DNA of 64,000 bases, taken from assembly GCA_050747745.1 (NCBI GenBank), contig JBOGKM010000029.1, forward strand, positions 8,993 to 72,992. The letters run 5' to 3'. Shown here in pieces: positions 25,583-36,036 of this stretch (positions are counted from its first letter, which is position 1; every line of letters begins with the position of its first letter). The position numbers and the translations under genes were made by a program. This stretch comes from Terriglobales bacterium (GTDB taxonomy: Bacteria > Acidobacteriota > Terriglobia > Terriglobales > SCQP01). Below the pieces are notes generated by a model. It searched no databases. It was given only the letters and a program-made list of their open reading frames with translations, and had not been told where the DNA came from.

Positions 25583-27964
25583 ATGTCGGCGCGGCAGGCA
25601 TGGCCCATCTTGATTATCACCGGCATCGCCGCGGCTATCTGCCTTTCGGCGCAATCGCTGCCCTCTTCCGGTTACCAGCCGGATACGCTGCCGCGGTACC
25701 CGCAGCAAGCGGCGCGGTCCTCCAACCGCTTGCCTCTGTCCGGGGCGCTGCAGCCGGGCGAGGTGGTGGCCCTCGCTGCCGACCGCATCACCGCCTCGCT
25801 GCGACCCGGCGCTGCCGTCTACCACGCCTGGGGCAACGTCCAAGTTACGCTCGACGGTCTTCGCCTCAGCGCCGATGCGATGACCTATAACGCGCAGACG
25901 GGCGAAGCTATCGCCACCGGGCATGTCGCGTTCGATAGTGTCAGCGAGCAGACGCATATCGAGGGTACTCGCGCCCGCTACAATTTCCGCACCTCCACCG
26001 GCGAATTTGACGACTTCCGCGGGGTAAGCGGCGTTCGGCTGCGCGGCCGTCAACCCACCGCGTTCGCCTCCAATCCCCTCATCTTCACCGGCCGCAAACT
26101 GCTGCGGCTCGGTCCGGATGTGTACCGCCTGGAAAACGGCACGGTCACTTCCTGCACGCTGCCCTACCCGAAATGGATCTTCAGCGCTTCCCAGGTCCAG
26201 ATCGAGCTGGGCAAGGATGCCACGCTGCGCCACGCGGTGTTCCGCCTGTTCGATGTCCCCATCTTCTACGCGCCCTTCCTTACCTATTCCACCACGCGCA
26301 CCGGCCGCCACAGCGGGGTGCTGGTTCCCATGGTGAGCAAGAGCAACATCAAAGGCTATGTGCTGGGCGATTCCTATTACTGGGCAGCGGCGCGCAACCT
26401 CAATTTGACCGCGGGCGCGGAATGGTACAGCGCCCGCGGTTGGGCCGACCACGTCCGTTTGGTCAGCCGCCCGACGCGCAATTCCGACCTGGCGGTGCAA
26501 CTGGATGGCGTCTTCGACCGCGGCCTCTCCCAGCCGGATGGGGTACGTCTGCGTCAGGGCGGGCAGGAGCTGCATGTGACCGGCGATTATTACGCCGCCG
26601 ACGGCTTCCGTACCGTGCTCGACGCCGATTATCTATCGTCGTATCTCTACCGCCTCGAATTCCAAAATAGCTATGCGGAGGCGATCAACTCGGAAGCGAT
26701 TTCCACCGGGTTTTCCGAGAAGCAGTGGCAGGGTCAGGACCTCAGCATCGCTGTTCACCGCTATCAGGATTTTCTCGGAACCACGCCGACCGCCAATCTG
26801 TCGCTGGTGCAGTTTCCCAGTCTCGACTGGAGTGCCTATGCCCAGGACTTGACCCGCCAGTTGCCGCTGTATCTTTCCTTCGGCGCCGATGCCGGTCTGC
26901 TGGATCGCAGCGAGCCCGGTTTCGCCACCGGCGCCATGTCGCGCCTGAATTTTGCTCCCACGTTGAGCCTGCCAGTGAGCACCGCGCTGGGTACATTTCG
27001 CGGCAGTATCGGGGCCGACACCACTTACTATTCCGAACGCCAGCAGCCTTCCGCCCTGCTCCCGGCCACCACCGTCGCCCAACTGCTGACCGGCGGACTT
27101 TGGCGCAACGCCCTGGAAGCGGATCTGGAATGGCGTCCGCCCGCCCTGGCCAAAGTCTTTTCGGGGCCAGGCGGTGATCGCATCGAACACGTGTTTGAGC
27201 CGCAAATCGGCTACCACTTGGTTGCCGGAGTCAACGATGCGGACCAGGTGATCCGCTTTGACCAGGAGGATATTCTGGCCGATACCAGCGAGATCGAATA
27301 CGGCTTTACCAACCGCCTGCTGATTGCCAAAGGAGCCAAAGGCAACTCGCGCGAGCTGGCTTCCTGGACGCTGTTGCAGAAGTATTACTTCGACCCGACC
27401 TTCGGAGGCGCGCTCCAGCCAGGAGAGCGCAACGTTTTTCTCGCCAACGCGCTGCTGTCACCCTTCGCCGCGCAAGCGCTGCCGCTGGATTTTTCCCCCC
27501 TCAGTTCGGTGCTGCGGGTTTCTCCTTTCGCCCGTTTTGACGGCGAGTGGCGGCTCGACTATGACAACCACGATCACCAGATCAGCGATAGCGCCTTTAC
27601 CGGCGACTTTCATTTCGGCAAGGGATTTTTCTCGGGCAGCGATTATGTACTGCATCCTCCGTCCGGCATTCTCCCCCAGTTTGCCGTGCCAAGTTTCAAT
27701 CAATTGCGGCTGGGCCTGGGCTATGGCAACGTGCTGCAGCCAGGCTACAGCCTGGCTGGGAATGTGGCCTACGATCTGCACAGCGGTCAGTTGCTCTACA
27801 CCACCTTCCAGATCAGTCATAACTGGGACTGTTGTGGCTTTTCCATCGCCTATCGCCGTTTCGCTCTGGCCTCGGTGCGGCGCGAGAATCAATTCCTGAT
27901 CAGCTTCAGCTTGGCCAACGTGGGCACCTTTGGCAACCTGCGCCACCAGAGCCAGCCGTTCTGA
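25583..27964 (+). CDS. lptD: LPS-assembly outer-membrane protein LptD (OstA family)
   Basis: Start at ATG 25583 with signal peptide 'ILIITGIAAAICLSAQS'. OstA-like N-domain ('YHAWGNVQVTLDGLRLSADAMTYNAQTGEAIATGHVAF') and a large C-terminal beta-barrel ending in an aromatic residue (..SQPF). Confidence 0.8.
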   Translation: MSARQAWPILIITGIAAAICLSAQSLPSSGYQPDTLPRYPQQAARSSNRLPLSGALQPGEVVALAADRITASLRPGAAVYHAWGNVQVTLDGLRLSADAMTYNAQTGEAIATGHVAFDSVSEQTHIEGTRARYNFRTSTGEFDDFRGVSGVRLRGRQPTAFASNPLIFTGRKLLRLGPDVYRLENGTVTSCTLPYPKWIFSASQVQIELGKDATLRHAVFRLFDVPIFYAPFLTYSTTRTGRHSGVLVPMVSKSNIKGYVLGDSYYWAAARNLNLTAGAEWYSARGWADHVRLVSRPTRNSDLAVQLDGVFDRGLSQPDGVRLRQGGQELHVTGDYYAADGFRTVLDADYLSSYLYRLEFQNSYAEAINSEAISTGFSEKQWQGQDLSIAVHRYQDFLGTTPTANLSLVQFPSLDWSAYAQDLTRQLPLYLSFGADAGLLDRSEPGFATGAMSRLNFAPTLSLPVSTALGTFRGSIGADTTYYSERQQPSALLPATTVAQLLTGGLWRNALEADLEWRPPALAKVFSGPGGDRIEHVFEPQIGYHLVAGVNDADQVIRFDQEDILADTSEIEYGFTNRLLIAKGAKGNSRELASWTLLQKYYFDPTFGGALQPGERNVFLANALLSPFAAQALPLDFSPLSSVLRVSPFARFDGEWRLDYDNHDHQISDSAFTGDFHFGKGFFSGSDYVLHPPSGILPQFAVPSFNQLRLGLGYGNVLQPGYSLAGNVAYDLHSGQLLYTTFQISHNWDCCGFSIAYRRFALASVRRENQFLISFSLANVGTFGNLRHQSQPF

Positions 27965-27969
27965 GCCGG

Positions 27970-28965
27970 CTACCGGCTGTGGGCCTTTTTCGTTCGCAGC
28001 GCTTGTAGGTAGAGGCGCACATTTTTCTGCTGCTGCGCCAAGGTCACGGCAAAGCGGTGGGAGCCGTTGCCGTCGCTGACGAAGTAGAGATAATCGGTTT
28101 CCACGGGGTGCTGGGCGGCTTCGAGGGATGCGCGGCCGGGGTTGGTGATCGGGCCGGGCGGCAACCCTGGGTGCAGGTAGGTGTTGTAGGGCGACTTGCG
28201 TTCCAGGTCGGCGCGGTGCAAGCCGCCGGTCCAGGCATGCGCCAGCACCGCCGCGTAAATCACCGTGGGGTCGCATTGCAGCGGCAGGTGGCGCTGCAAG
28301 CGATTGTCAAACACGCCCGCAATCAGCGCGCGTTCCGCCGGTACGGCGGTTTCCTTCTGAATCAGCGACGCCAGCGTCACCCAGCGATGCACATCGGCGG
28401 GGTGATCGCGCCGCACTTCCTGGCGAAAACGGCCGGTCATCAGTTGGATGATGCCGCTCACCGGCATGTGCGGCGGGATGCGGTAGGTGGCGGGAAACAG
28501 GTATCCTTCGAGCGACACCGCCTGGGGATCGAGATCGCGGATCGGAGCCGGATCGGCGGTAGCTGCCACAAAGGCGGCCGCGCTCGCCAAACCTTTTTGC
28601 TCGAGCTCGCTGGCAATCTCGAAGCGGTTAAAGCCCTCCGGTATGGTGACGGAGACTGTATACACCAAGCCGCGCGCCAGGGCGTGAAACACCGCCGGCA
28701 CCGATTCGCCGCCGGCGAACCGGTAGGTGCCGGCCTGCAACCGGCTGTGCGGATGCAGTAGCGCCCATAGGTCAAATCCCACTGCGCTGCCAATCGCGCC
28801 CGACTGTTGCAGTTGCCGGGCAATCTGGCCCGTACGGCTGCCGTGAGTAATTGCGATCAGGCGCGGCTGCGACAGCCGCGGTCCCGGCGCCCACAGCCGT
28901 GCCAGGGTGACCCCCACCACGACCACGACTACCACGGCCACTAAAATCCAGCTGGCGCGCTTCAT
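27970..28965 (-). CDS. mltG: Endolytic murein transglycosylase MltG (YceG-like)
   Basis: Single N-terminal TM segment (V-run). 'TIPEGFNRFEIASEL', 'LEGYLFPATY', 'ASLIQKETAVPAERALIAGVFDNRL..PLQCDPTVIY' and 'YNTYLHPGLPPGPITNPG' are conserved YceG motifs. Confidence 0.9.
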   Translation of the reverse strand: MKRASWILVAVVVVVVVGVTLARLWAPGPRLSQPRLIAITHGSRTGQIARQLQQSGAIGSAVGFDLWALLHPHSRLQAGTYRFAGGESVPAVFHALARGLVYTVSVTIPEGFNRFEIASELEQKGLASAAAFVAATADPAPIRDLDPQAVSLEGYLFPATYRIPPHMPVSGIIQLMTGRFRQEVRRDHPADVHRWVTLASLIQKETAVPAERALIAGVFDNRLQRHLPLQCDPTVIYAAVLAHAWTGGLHRADLERKSPYNTYLHPGLPPGPITNPGRASLEAAQHPVETDYLYFVSDGNGSHRFAVTLAQQQKNVRLYLQALRTKKAHSR

Positions 28966-29062
28966 GGTTAAATCATTTTACGGTGCCTAGAGCTTTCGCA
29001 GGGGCTGCGGAAAGGGATGAATGAGGTAAACTCAAGCCATTGCCTTCCTCTCGACTGTTCTG

Positions 29063-32000
29063 ATGCTTCGGCACAAATCCCAGCTTGGTCATGGCGCCTT
29101 GGGGCTGGCTGCGGCGGCGCTGTTGACAGCCGGACTCAGCGGTTGCGGTAGTTCGCCCGCACCAGCAGTGGTCGTCCCGCCGGTTACCGCCAATTTTCTG
29201 ATGGAGTCCTCTACCGGCGGAACCCTTCCCGAGGGCGTAGTGGATACGCCCTACGCCTATGGCTTTCAAACTAATGTCGGCCAGCCCGGCGTTGACGCCA
29301 CTGCGCCCGTGGTCTTTCAAGCCGCGTCGGCTCTGCCCCCGGGGCTGACCCTCAGCGATGGCGGCGTTCTGTCCGGGTCGCCTACTCAGCCCGGCGTGTT
29401 TTCCGTAGCGATCGAAGCTGTGGATAGTTCCTCGCCGATGCCGCTAGTCGCCGCCTTCACCTACTTGATGGATGTCCGCCTGCCCGGCGTGACTCTTACC
29501 CAGGTTGCCCACAGCGACCTGGGGGGGCGCGGCCAGAACGGCGCCGTGCGCGTTGTAACCTCCAGCGCCAGCGGCCTGGCCTACGCCTATGTCGGCACCC
29601 TCGGCACGCCCGGTGAATGCCCCGCAACTGGAATCAAAATTGTCAGCCTGAGCACGGTGACCAATCCCCAGGTGGTGGCCACCGCCGGCGGCGTCAGCGG
29701 AGCCAGTCAGGCCAATGTGCGCGTTGGCACTGGCCTGACCTCGCCTTACTTTCACAACGGCGGTCGGGGCGACATCATGGCCGTCACCGAGCAGCCCTGC
29801 AATCCCGCCAATGGCGCCGCCAACCAGGAGGGGGTCCAGTTTTACGATGTCACCAACCCGGCCAGCCCTCAATTTTTGGGGAGCTGGAGCTCCGGCCTCG
29901 ATGGCGGGGACGATGTTGCCTTCGTCGAGGTGCCCGGAGCTGCCAATTCCGTCGGTCAGGTGAACCAAAGCCAGGATAAAATCTACGCCTTGGTCGGCGT
30001 GCCCGGCTCGGAAACCTCGCCCGCAGGCAACGGCGAAGGCGACCTGCGCGTGCTCGATATCACCAATCCGGCCACGCCGGAACAGATTGGCGACTGGGGC
30101 GTATTGAAGGCTACCGACGAACTGTTGCCCAACGTGGTTATGGGCTATGACCCGCGCGTGTTCCTGGCCAGCATCAATCTCTCCAGTGATGGCAAAACTG
30201 CCTACCTCGGCTACTGGGACGAGGGCGTGGTCGTACTCAACGTCAGCGATCCCACCCAAATCGCCACCAACAATCCTGCTATCTTCCTCGACCACATCAC
30301 CTATCCGATTACCTCCATCGCCAGCACGACGGTCCCTGCTGAACCGGAAGGCAACACCCGCGCCGCGCTGCCCATGGATAACGACACCGACCTGCTCATT
30401 GCCGATCAGGTCTGCGCCTCGGCGATGTCACCCAATCCCTCCGATCCCAGCCAGCAGGTGGCCACCGATCCCGCAGTCGGTTTGGTTTGCGGTCCACCCG
30501 TTCCGCTGACGCTGACCTCGGGCTGGGGTTTCGTCCGCACCTACGCGCTTGGCACACCGGGCACGGCTACGCTGGAGAGCTACTACGCCGACCCGCAGTC
30601 CATGTCCGCACCCGCGCCCGACGATGGCATCTACACGGCGCACGCGCTGGCCTGGAATGGCAATACCGCTGATCCTCATGCCTACGTGGCCTGGTATTCA
30701 GCCGGGGTGGAGGATCTCGATATTACCTCGATCGCTCCCCCGACGCCGTTGGCTTCCTTCGTCCCCCCCGACACGCCCGATCCCAACGGTAGCAATCCGC
30801 TGGTGAACAACCCGCCCAAGGCGCTGGTCGACGGCGTCGCCGCGTACAACGCCAACGGTAATCACTATATCCTCGCCAGCGACATCAACTCCGGACTGTG
30901 GATCGTTCAGGAAACCCCAACCAGCCAGCTCACCATTCTGACCACGATCCTGCCCAACGGCAATGTCGGTGTGCCCTACAGCGCCGCTCTGACCAGCGTC
31001 AACGGCAGCCTGGGTAATTCCAAAGTCACCTACAGCCTGACCGCGACTTCCGAGCCCATGCCCAGCGGCCTCACCTTGAACAGCGATGGAACCATTACCG
31101 GCGTTCCGCTGGCCGCCGGCACCGTGGCCATCGATTTCCAGGCTGACGACGGCGCCGGCACCACCACCGTGCAGCAGATTCAGATGACCATTGATCAAAA
31201 CTTGGCGATCACCACCTGTGACGGCACCTGCTCGTCCACCTCCAGCGCAATCGCGCCGCAGTTGGGCACCATCGGGGAGGGCTACACCTATACGCTTAGC
31301 GGCGTGAACGGCACCGCTCCCTACACCTGGTCGCTTGCCAACGGCAGCCTGCCGCCCGGCTTCAGCCTCGATTCCACCACTGGCGTGATCAGCGGCACGG
31401 CCACCAGCAGCGGCACCTACACCGCGACGGTCGAGGCTGCCGACAGCTCGGTTCCGGCTGAGATAGCCACGCTGCCGCTCACGCTGCAAGTCGCAGGTCT
31501 CACGCCTCCCTCCACCCCGCCTCCCGATCCCGTGGTGGGGACCAGCTATACCGCCACTGTGACCATGTCCAATGGCCAGGGTCCGTTTATTCCGACGCTG
31601 TTCAACGGTACGCTGCCGCCCGGTCTCAGCGTGAGCACGAGCGAGGAAAGCACCCTCGATTGGCAATTCACCGGTACTCCTACACAGGCAGGCACTTACA
31701 ATTTCACCATCCTGGTGACCGACGCCGACGGCCAGACCGCGGACGTGCCTTACTCCATGACCGTTGAACCGTTCACCATCACGCCGGCCTTCCTGACCAC
31801 CGGCGTCGAGGGCCGCGGTTATCTGGAGCAGTTGAGCGTTAGCGGCGGCACCTCGCCCTACCAGTTTCAGATGGTGTTGGGGCAGTTGCCTTCCGGGTTG
31901 AACATGGACCAGGAGGGCGACATCTATGGCGTGCCCGCTTCCGGCACAGCGGGCACGGACAGTTTCAGTATTGCCGTCACCGACGCGAACGGACTGCGCG

Positions 32001-32311
32001 TTATCCAGCCGTTCACACTGACCATTTTCAATCCGACTCAATTGGCGATCACCACGGTACAGTTGCCCTCCGGACAGGCAGGACAACAGTACAGCCAAGC
32101 CATTACCGCGAATTTCGGTACTGCGCCCTACGTCTTCAGTCTCACCAACGGTTCTCTCCCGCCGGGTGTGACCCTGTCCCCTGCGGGCGAGCTGGCGGGC
32201 GTGCCCGCTGCCGCCAGCACCGGTCCGTATTCTTTCACCGTCGAAGTGCGCGATGCCACCGGGGCCACAGCCCAAGGCCACTTCAACTGGATCATCGCGC
32301 CGCAAGGTTAG
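29063..32311 (+). CDS. Surface lipoprotein: LVIVD-repeat beta-propeller flanked by tandem putative-Ig (cadherin-like) domains
   Basis: Lipobox 'LTAGLSGC'. LVIVD-type repeats ('DLRVLDITNPATPEQIG', 'GVVVLNVSDPTQI', 'SGLWIVQ'). About 7 repeats of '..Y...L....G..PY.WSL..GSLPPGL.L...G.ISGTPT..GT..F.V.V.D'. Confidence 0.8.
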   Translation: MLRHKSQLGHGALGLAAAALLTAGLSGCGSSPAPAVVVPPVTANFLMESSTGGTLPEGVVDTPYAYGFQTNVGQPGVDATAPVVFQAASALPPGLTLSDGGVLSGSPTQPGVFSVAIEAVDSSSPMPLVAAFTYLMDVRLPGVTLTQVAHSDLGGRGQNGAVRVVTSSASGLAYAYVGTLGTPGECPATGIKIVSLSTVTNPQVVATAGGVSGASQANVRVGTGLTSPYFHNGGRGDIMAVTEQPCNPANGAANQEGVQFYDVTNPASPQFLGSWSSGLDGGDDVAFVEVPGAANSVGQVNQSQDKIYALVGVPGSETSPAGNGEGDLRVLDITNPATPEQIGDWGVLKATDELLPNVVMGYDPRVFLASINLSSDGKTAYLGYWDEGVVVLNVSDPTQIATNNPAIFLDHITYPITSIASTTVPAEPEGNTRAALPMDNDTDLLIADQVCASAMSPNPSDPSQQVATDPAVGLVCGPPVPLTLTSGWGFVRTYALGTPGTATLESYYADPQSMSAPAPDDGIYTAHALAWNGNTADPHAYVAWYSAGVEDLDITSIAPPTPLASFVPPDTPDPNGSNPLVNNPPKALVDGVAAYNANGNHYILASDINSGLWIVQETPTSQLTILTTILPNGNVGVPYSAALTSVNGSLGNSKVTYSLTATSEPMPSGLTLNSDGTITGVPLAAGTVAIDFQADDGAGTTTVQQIQMTIDQNLAITTCDGTCSSTSSAIAPQLGTIGEGYTYTLSGVNGTAPYTWSLANGSLPPGFSLDSTTGVISGTATSSGTYTATVEAADSSVPAEIATLPLTLQVAGLTPPSTPPPDPVVGTSYTATVTMSNGQGPFIPTLFNGTLPPGLSVSTSEESTLDWQFTGTPTQAGTYNFTILVTDADGQTADVPYSMTVEPFTITPAFLTTGVEGRGYLEQLSVSGGTSPYQFQMVLGQLPSGLNMDQEGDIYGVPASGTAGTDSFSIAVTDANGLRVIQPFTLTIFNPTQLAITTVQLPSGQAGQQYSQAITANFGTAPYVFSLTNGSLPPGVTLSPAGELAGVPAAASTGPYSFTVEVRDATGATAQGHFNWIIAPQG

Positions 32312-32397
32312 TCGAGGCGCTACCCGATGGCGGGTTGGTCATGGGATGATAGGCTGAAGTGGACAGGTCCGGTTGAGTCGCCGCCCGGAGAGGAAAC

Positions 32398-32706
32398 ATG
32401 GAGAAACCCTCGCAGAACATTCAGGATTCGTTTCTGAACACCGCGCGCAAGGAAAAGCAGACGGTTACCATTTACCTGCTGAGCGGCGTGAAGCTGAGTG
32501 GCCGTATCCGCAGTTTCGACAAATACTGTCTGGTGCTCGAATCGGGCAACCAGGAACAAATGCTCTTCAAGCACGCCATTTCCACGGTGGTGCTGCAGCG
32601 CGGTGGCGCGCGCGAGCACAACGAGAAGCATCTCTCGCCGGCCCCGCGAGCGCATGCGGAATCCGCCAGTGCCGCCGCCGTCCCCGGCGAAACCAAGGAG
32701 TCCTGA
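32398..32706 (+). CDS. hfq: RNA chaperone Hfq
   Basis: '[56 protein letters not shown]' shows the Sm1/Sm2 motifs. GGAGAGG Shine-Dalgarno upstream. Confidence 0.95.
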   Translation: MEKPSQNIQDSFLNTARKEKQTVTIYLLSGVKLSGRIRSFDKYCLVLESGNQEQMLFKHAISTVVLQRGGAREHNEKHLSPAPRAHAESASAAAVPGETKES

Positions 32707-32739
32707 GCCGCGCCTGCTTCACCCCAGGAGCCGGTCTTT

Positions 32740-34047
32740 TTGGTGGGGGTGGGCTTGACCGGCCGCTCCCAGGCCGGACTGCCCTTCGCGGCTCGCCAGT
32801 CTGCGCTGGGTGCGGCCGGATCTGCTGGCCGTGAAAAGACTGAATCGTCGCTCGCGGAACTGCGTGTGCTCGCCGAAAGCGCCGGCGGCCGGGTGGTAGG
32901 CAGCGCCTGCCAGCAGCGCACCCACCCCGATGCCGCCACTCTGATTGGCTCCGGCAAAGTTGCCGAACTCGCCGCCGCCGCCGCCGCCGCCGCGGTGGTG
33001 ATTTTTGATTGCGAGCTTTCACCCACGCAGCAGCGCAATCTCGAGCAGGCTCTCGGCCGCCGCGTCCTGACGCGTACGCAGCTGATTCTCGACATTTTTG
33101 CCCGCCGCGCGCGCACCCGCGAAGGGCAACTCCAAGTCGAGCTGGCGCAGCTGGAATACCTGCTGCCGCGGCTCGCCGGGCGCGGCCAGGCGATGTCGCG
33201 CCTGGGCGGCGGCATCGGTACTCGCGGTCCCGGCGAAACCCAGCTGGAAAGCGATCGCCGCCGCATTCACCAGCGCATCCGCACCCTCAAGCTGGCGCTG
33301 GAACGGGTCCGCCGCCAGCGCGGCCAGCAGCGTGGCCAGCGCGAGAGCGTGCCGCTTGCGACCGTTGCCCTAGTCGGCTACACCAATGCCGGAAAGAGCA
33401 CCCTGTTCAATCGCCTCACCGGCGCTGGCGTGGTCACCTCCAGCTTCATGTTTGCCACCCTCGACCCCACCCTGCGCAAGCTGCGGCTTCCCTCGCGCCG
33501 TACCGTGCTGTTGAGCGACACCGTCGGCTTCGTTCGCGATTTGCCCCACAGCCTCATTAGCGCCTTCCGCGCCACCCTGGAAGAAGTCACCCGCGCCCGC
33601 CTGCTGTTGGTGGTCAGCGATGCCTCTTCCCCGGATCGGGAGCAGCAGGAAGTCCAGGTGCAGAAGGTTCTTACCGAGCTCGGAGCTGAGTCCACACCCC
33701 AGATTCTTGTATGGAATAAATCCGATCTTTTCGCCTCCCCGCCCTCCATGCCGGCACCGGGGCCTCTGTGGATGAGTGCCCGTACCGGCGCTGGAGTCGA
33801 GTCGCTGCTGGCTCGACTGGATCAGGAACTGGCGCGGGATCCGTTCGAAGAAGTCCATTTGTGCATTCCCCACCCGGCTGGCAAGCAGATGCACTGGCTT
33901 CACGAACGGGGCAAGATTTTGGCCGTCCACCACACCTCAAAGCAAGTGGAACTCATCGCCCGTGTGCCGGTGTCGCTAGTGCCACGCTTGGCGGAATTCC
34001 GTACGCTCCCGGGAGTTGAGCGGTTCAAAACTGTGGAAAACGGGTGA
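32740..34047 (+). CDS. hflX: GTPase HflX
   Basis: HflX N-domain '[14 protein letters not shown]...[10 protein letters not shown]', '[16 protein letters not shown]', G1 '[12 protein letters not shown]', and G3 'DTVGF'. TTG 32740 is the first available in-frame start after the hfq stop. Confidence 0.93.
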   Translation: MVGVGLTGRSQAGLPFAARQSALGAAGSAGREKTESSLAELRVLAESAGGRVVGSACQQRTHPDAATLIGSGKVAELAAAAAAAAVVIFDCELSPTQQRNLEQALGRRVLTRTQLILDIFARRARTREGQLQVELAQLEYLLPRLAGRGQAMSRLGGGIGTRGPGETQLESDRRRIHQRIRTLKLALERVRRQRGQQRGQRESVPLATVALVGYTNAGKSTLFNRLTGAGVVTSSFMFATLDPTLRKLRLPSRRTVLLSDTVGFVRDLPHSLISAFRATLEEVTRARLLLVVSDASSPDREQQEVQVQKVLTELGAESTPQILVWNKSDLFASPPSMPAPGPLWMSARTGAGVESLLARLDQELARDPFEEVHLCIPHPAGKQMHWLHERGKILAVHHTSKQVELIARVPVSLVPRLAEFRTLPGVERFKTVENG

Positions 34048-34406
34048 ATTCCGCTCCCTCCGCTCTCTTCTTCAGAGAAGCTTCGACGGCCTTCTCATGC
34101 TCGAAAATTGGACCGGTGGCCTGTATTAACTCTTTTATTTCCAACGTTTACCGACTGCGCCGCGGACTGCTGCTGCCGCTCGCGTGCGGATGAGCGCTAA
34201 CGGCAAGGGCTTGGCCGCTTTTGCACAGGTGGATAAAGGTGCCGGGGGCGATTTGGGCCAGCAAAATCAGCCCAATTCTACGCTTGCCTCAGTTTGGTGC
34301 GCCTCCGTAGCCCGCCCAAATTGGTCTCCACAGGGTGCCTCGACTTTTGCTTCTTCTTCGTGCGCTTTGCAGGGCCACAGCCTCGAGCCGGCACGCGCTG
34401 CGCGCA

Positions 34407-35951
34407 TTAGTGCACCAGATCGATGGGCTGATCGTGACTGGCGCCCGAGATGAACTGCGCCACATCGTGCGCCAGCTTAATGCGTGAGGGGGTGTCCTGG
34501 TAGATCATGTGGCCAACCTGATAGTGGTGCACGATAATGTTTTTCTGTTCCTCCGGCGGCAGGAACAAATGCCACATGCTGTACTGGGCTTCAAAGAACG
34601 GGCAGGCCAAATCGTAATAACCGCCCGCCAGCATTAGTTTCATATAGGGATTTTTCGCGAACGCACTCTCCAGCAACGTGCTCATGTTTTCGTTCATGCC
34701 CATGTTGAACTGCCAGGGATCAATCCCGCCGCCGTATACGTCGTCGGTTTTGTAGCCCAGGTTCTCGCGCACGTACTTCAGGAACATCTGGGTGTAGACC
34801 GGCCGCTGCACCCAGCTCGGATCGAAATCGTTGTAGAGTTGGCCGGGCACGCGATTGAAGCTGGTCATGCGGCCGTCCAACCTCCCGACGGCGCGCTTTT
34901 CTCCCCGTAGCAGCGAGCTTTCGAACAGCGAGCTGCTGACGCGCAGGTTGAAATCGTCCAGCAATTGCGGCTCGAGCCCGGTAAAGCTCGCCAGTTGGGC
35001 AATCGCTTGCTGGCGCGCCACGCCCTGCAGTTGATCACCCTGTTCCAGGTCCATCATGTAGGTCGTCGTCGCCCAGTGTTCGGCTTTCTGCACCACCTGC
35101 TGCAGAGTCAGCTTTTCCATGTCCGGGGGTAGCTTCTTGTGATACCAGGCGATGGCGGTGTAAGAGGGGAGGAACAGCACGTTGGGCAAATCATTGTCGG
35201 GCGATTCGTCCAGCGTGTGCATGTTGAGCACGCTCGACAGCAGGATGACCCCGTTGAGCGCGATGCCTTTTTGCGCCAGATAGCCCGCGAGACCAGCCGA
35301 ACGGAAGGTGCCGTAGCTCTCGCCGGCCAGGAAGAGCGGTGAGCTGAGGCGCTGATAGTTGGTCAGATAAAGCCGGATGAACGCGCTCAGCGATTGCAGG
35401 TCGCCCTGCACGCTGGAGGTGAACTTGAGCGCGGCGGCATTGACCGCGCGGCTGTAGCCGGTGCCGTCCGGATCAATGAACACCATGTCGGTGAACGGCA
35501 GCCAGCTTTGTTGATTGTCCACCAGCGTGTACGGCGGCGGCGGCAGCGTGCCGTCCGGGTTCAACTCGATGCGCCGCGGCGCGAATCCGCCCATCTGCAC
35601 CCAGATTGCCGGCTCGCCCGGTCCCCCGTTGTAGATGAAGGCGAGCGGTCGCGCGCCGGGCTGGGCGCCATCCAGTGTATAGGCGACGAAAAAGATGTGG
35701 CACTCGGTTTTGCCCTTGGCGTCGGGAACCGGCAGTCGCCCCGCGGTGGTGGTGTAGGAGTAGGTCTGCCCTCCGATCTGGATTTGATGGTGCCGCACCA
35801 CTGGCGGCGGATCGGTCGGACTGGGATCGTAGGGATGTCCTTGCGGCGGCCGCCGGAAAAAGAACCGGCCCTGCGCCGCCAGCGGCAGCGCCAAGCTTAG
35901 GGCTAGAATGGGCAGCAGCGCCGCAGGGGCGCGCGGAAGCCGGATGTTCAT
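34407..35951 (-). CDS. Peptidase S10 (serine carboxypeptidase) family protein, secreted
   Basis: Start ATG 35951 with signal peptide 'LLPILALSLALPLAAQG'. 'YNGGPGEPAIW', catalytic 'LAGESYG' and 'VHHYQVGHMIY' follow. The upstream 166 codons of the track ORF are Arg/Ser-rich shadow sequence. Confidence 0.85.
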   Translation of the reverse strand: MNIRLPRAPAALLPILALSLALPLAAQGRFFFRRPPQGHPYDPSPTDPPPVVRHHQIQIGGQTYSYTTTAGRLPVPDAKGKTECHIFFVAYTLDGAQPGARPLAFIYNGGPGEPAIWVQMGGFAPRRIELNPDGTLPPPPYTLVDNQQSWLPFTDMVFIDPDGTGYSRAVNAAALKFTSSVQGDLQSLSAFIRLYLTNYQRLSSPLFLAGESYGTFRSAGLAGYLAQKGIALNGVILLSSVLNMHTLDESPDNDLPNVLFLPSYTAIAWYHKKLPPDMEKLTLQQVVQKAEHWATTTYMMDLEQGDQLQGVARQQAIAQLASFTGLEPQLLDDFNLRVSSSLFESSLLRGEKRAVGRLDGRMTSFNRVPGQLYNDFDPSWVQRPVYTQMFLKYVRENLGYKTDDVYGGGIDPWQFNMGMNENMSTLLESAFAKNPYMKLMLAGGYYDLACPFFEAQYSMWHLFLPPEEQKNIIVHHYQVGHMIYQDTPSRIKLAHDVAQFISGASHDQPIDLVH

Positions 35952-36036
35952 ACGAGCATGCTCCTGACGCGGGAAATAGACTGCGCGCGCATTATGGCAT
36001 TGCGTTGCCCATGATTGCCACCAAAAAAGGTGCCGC

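Noticed and set aside
34184-34453. 89-aa plus-strand ORF in the hflX/S10 spacer
   Set aside because: It has poor composition and no motif. It runs into the 3' end of the convergent S10 gene. It is treated as non-coding (see the spacer finding).
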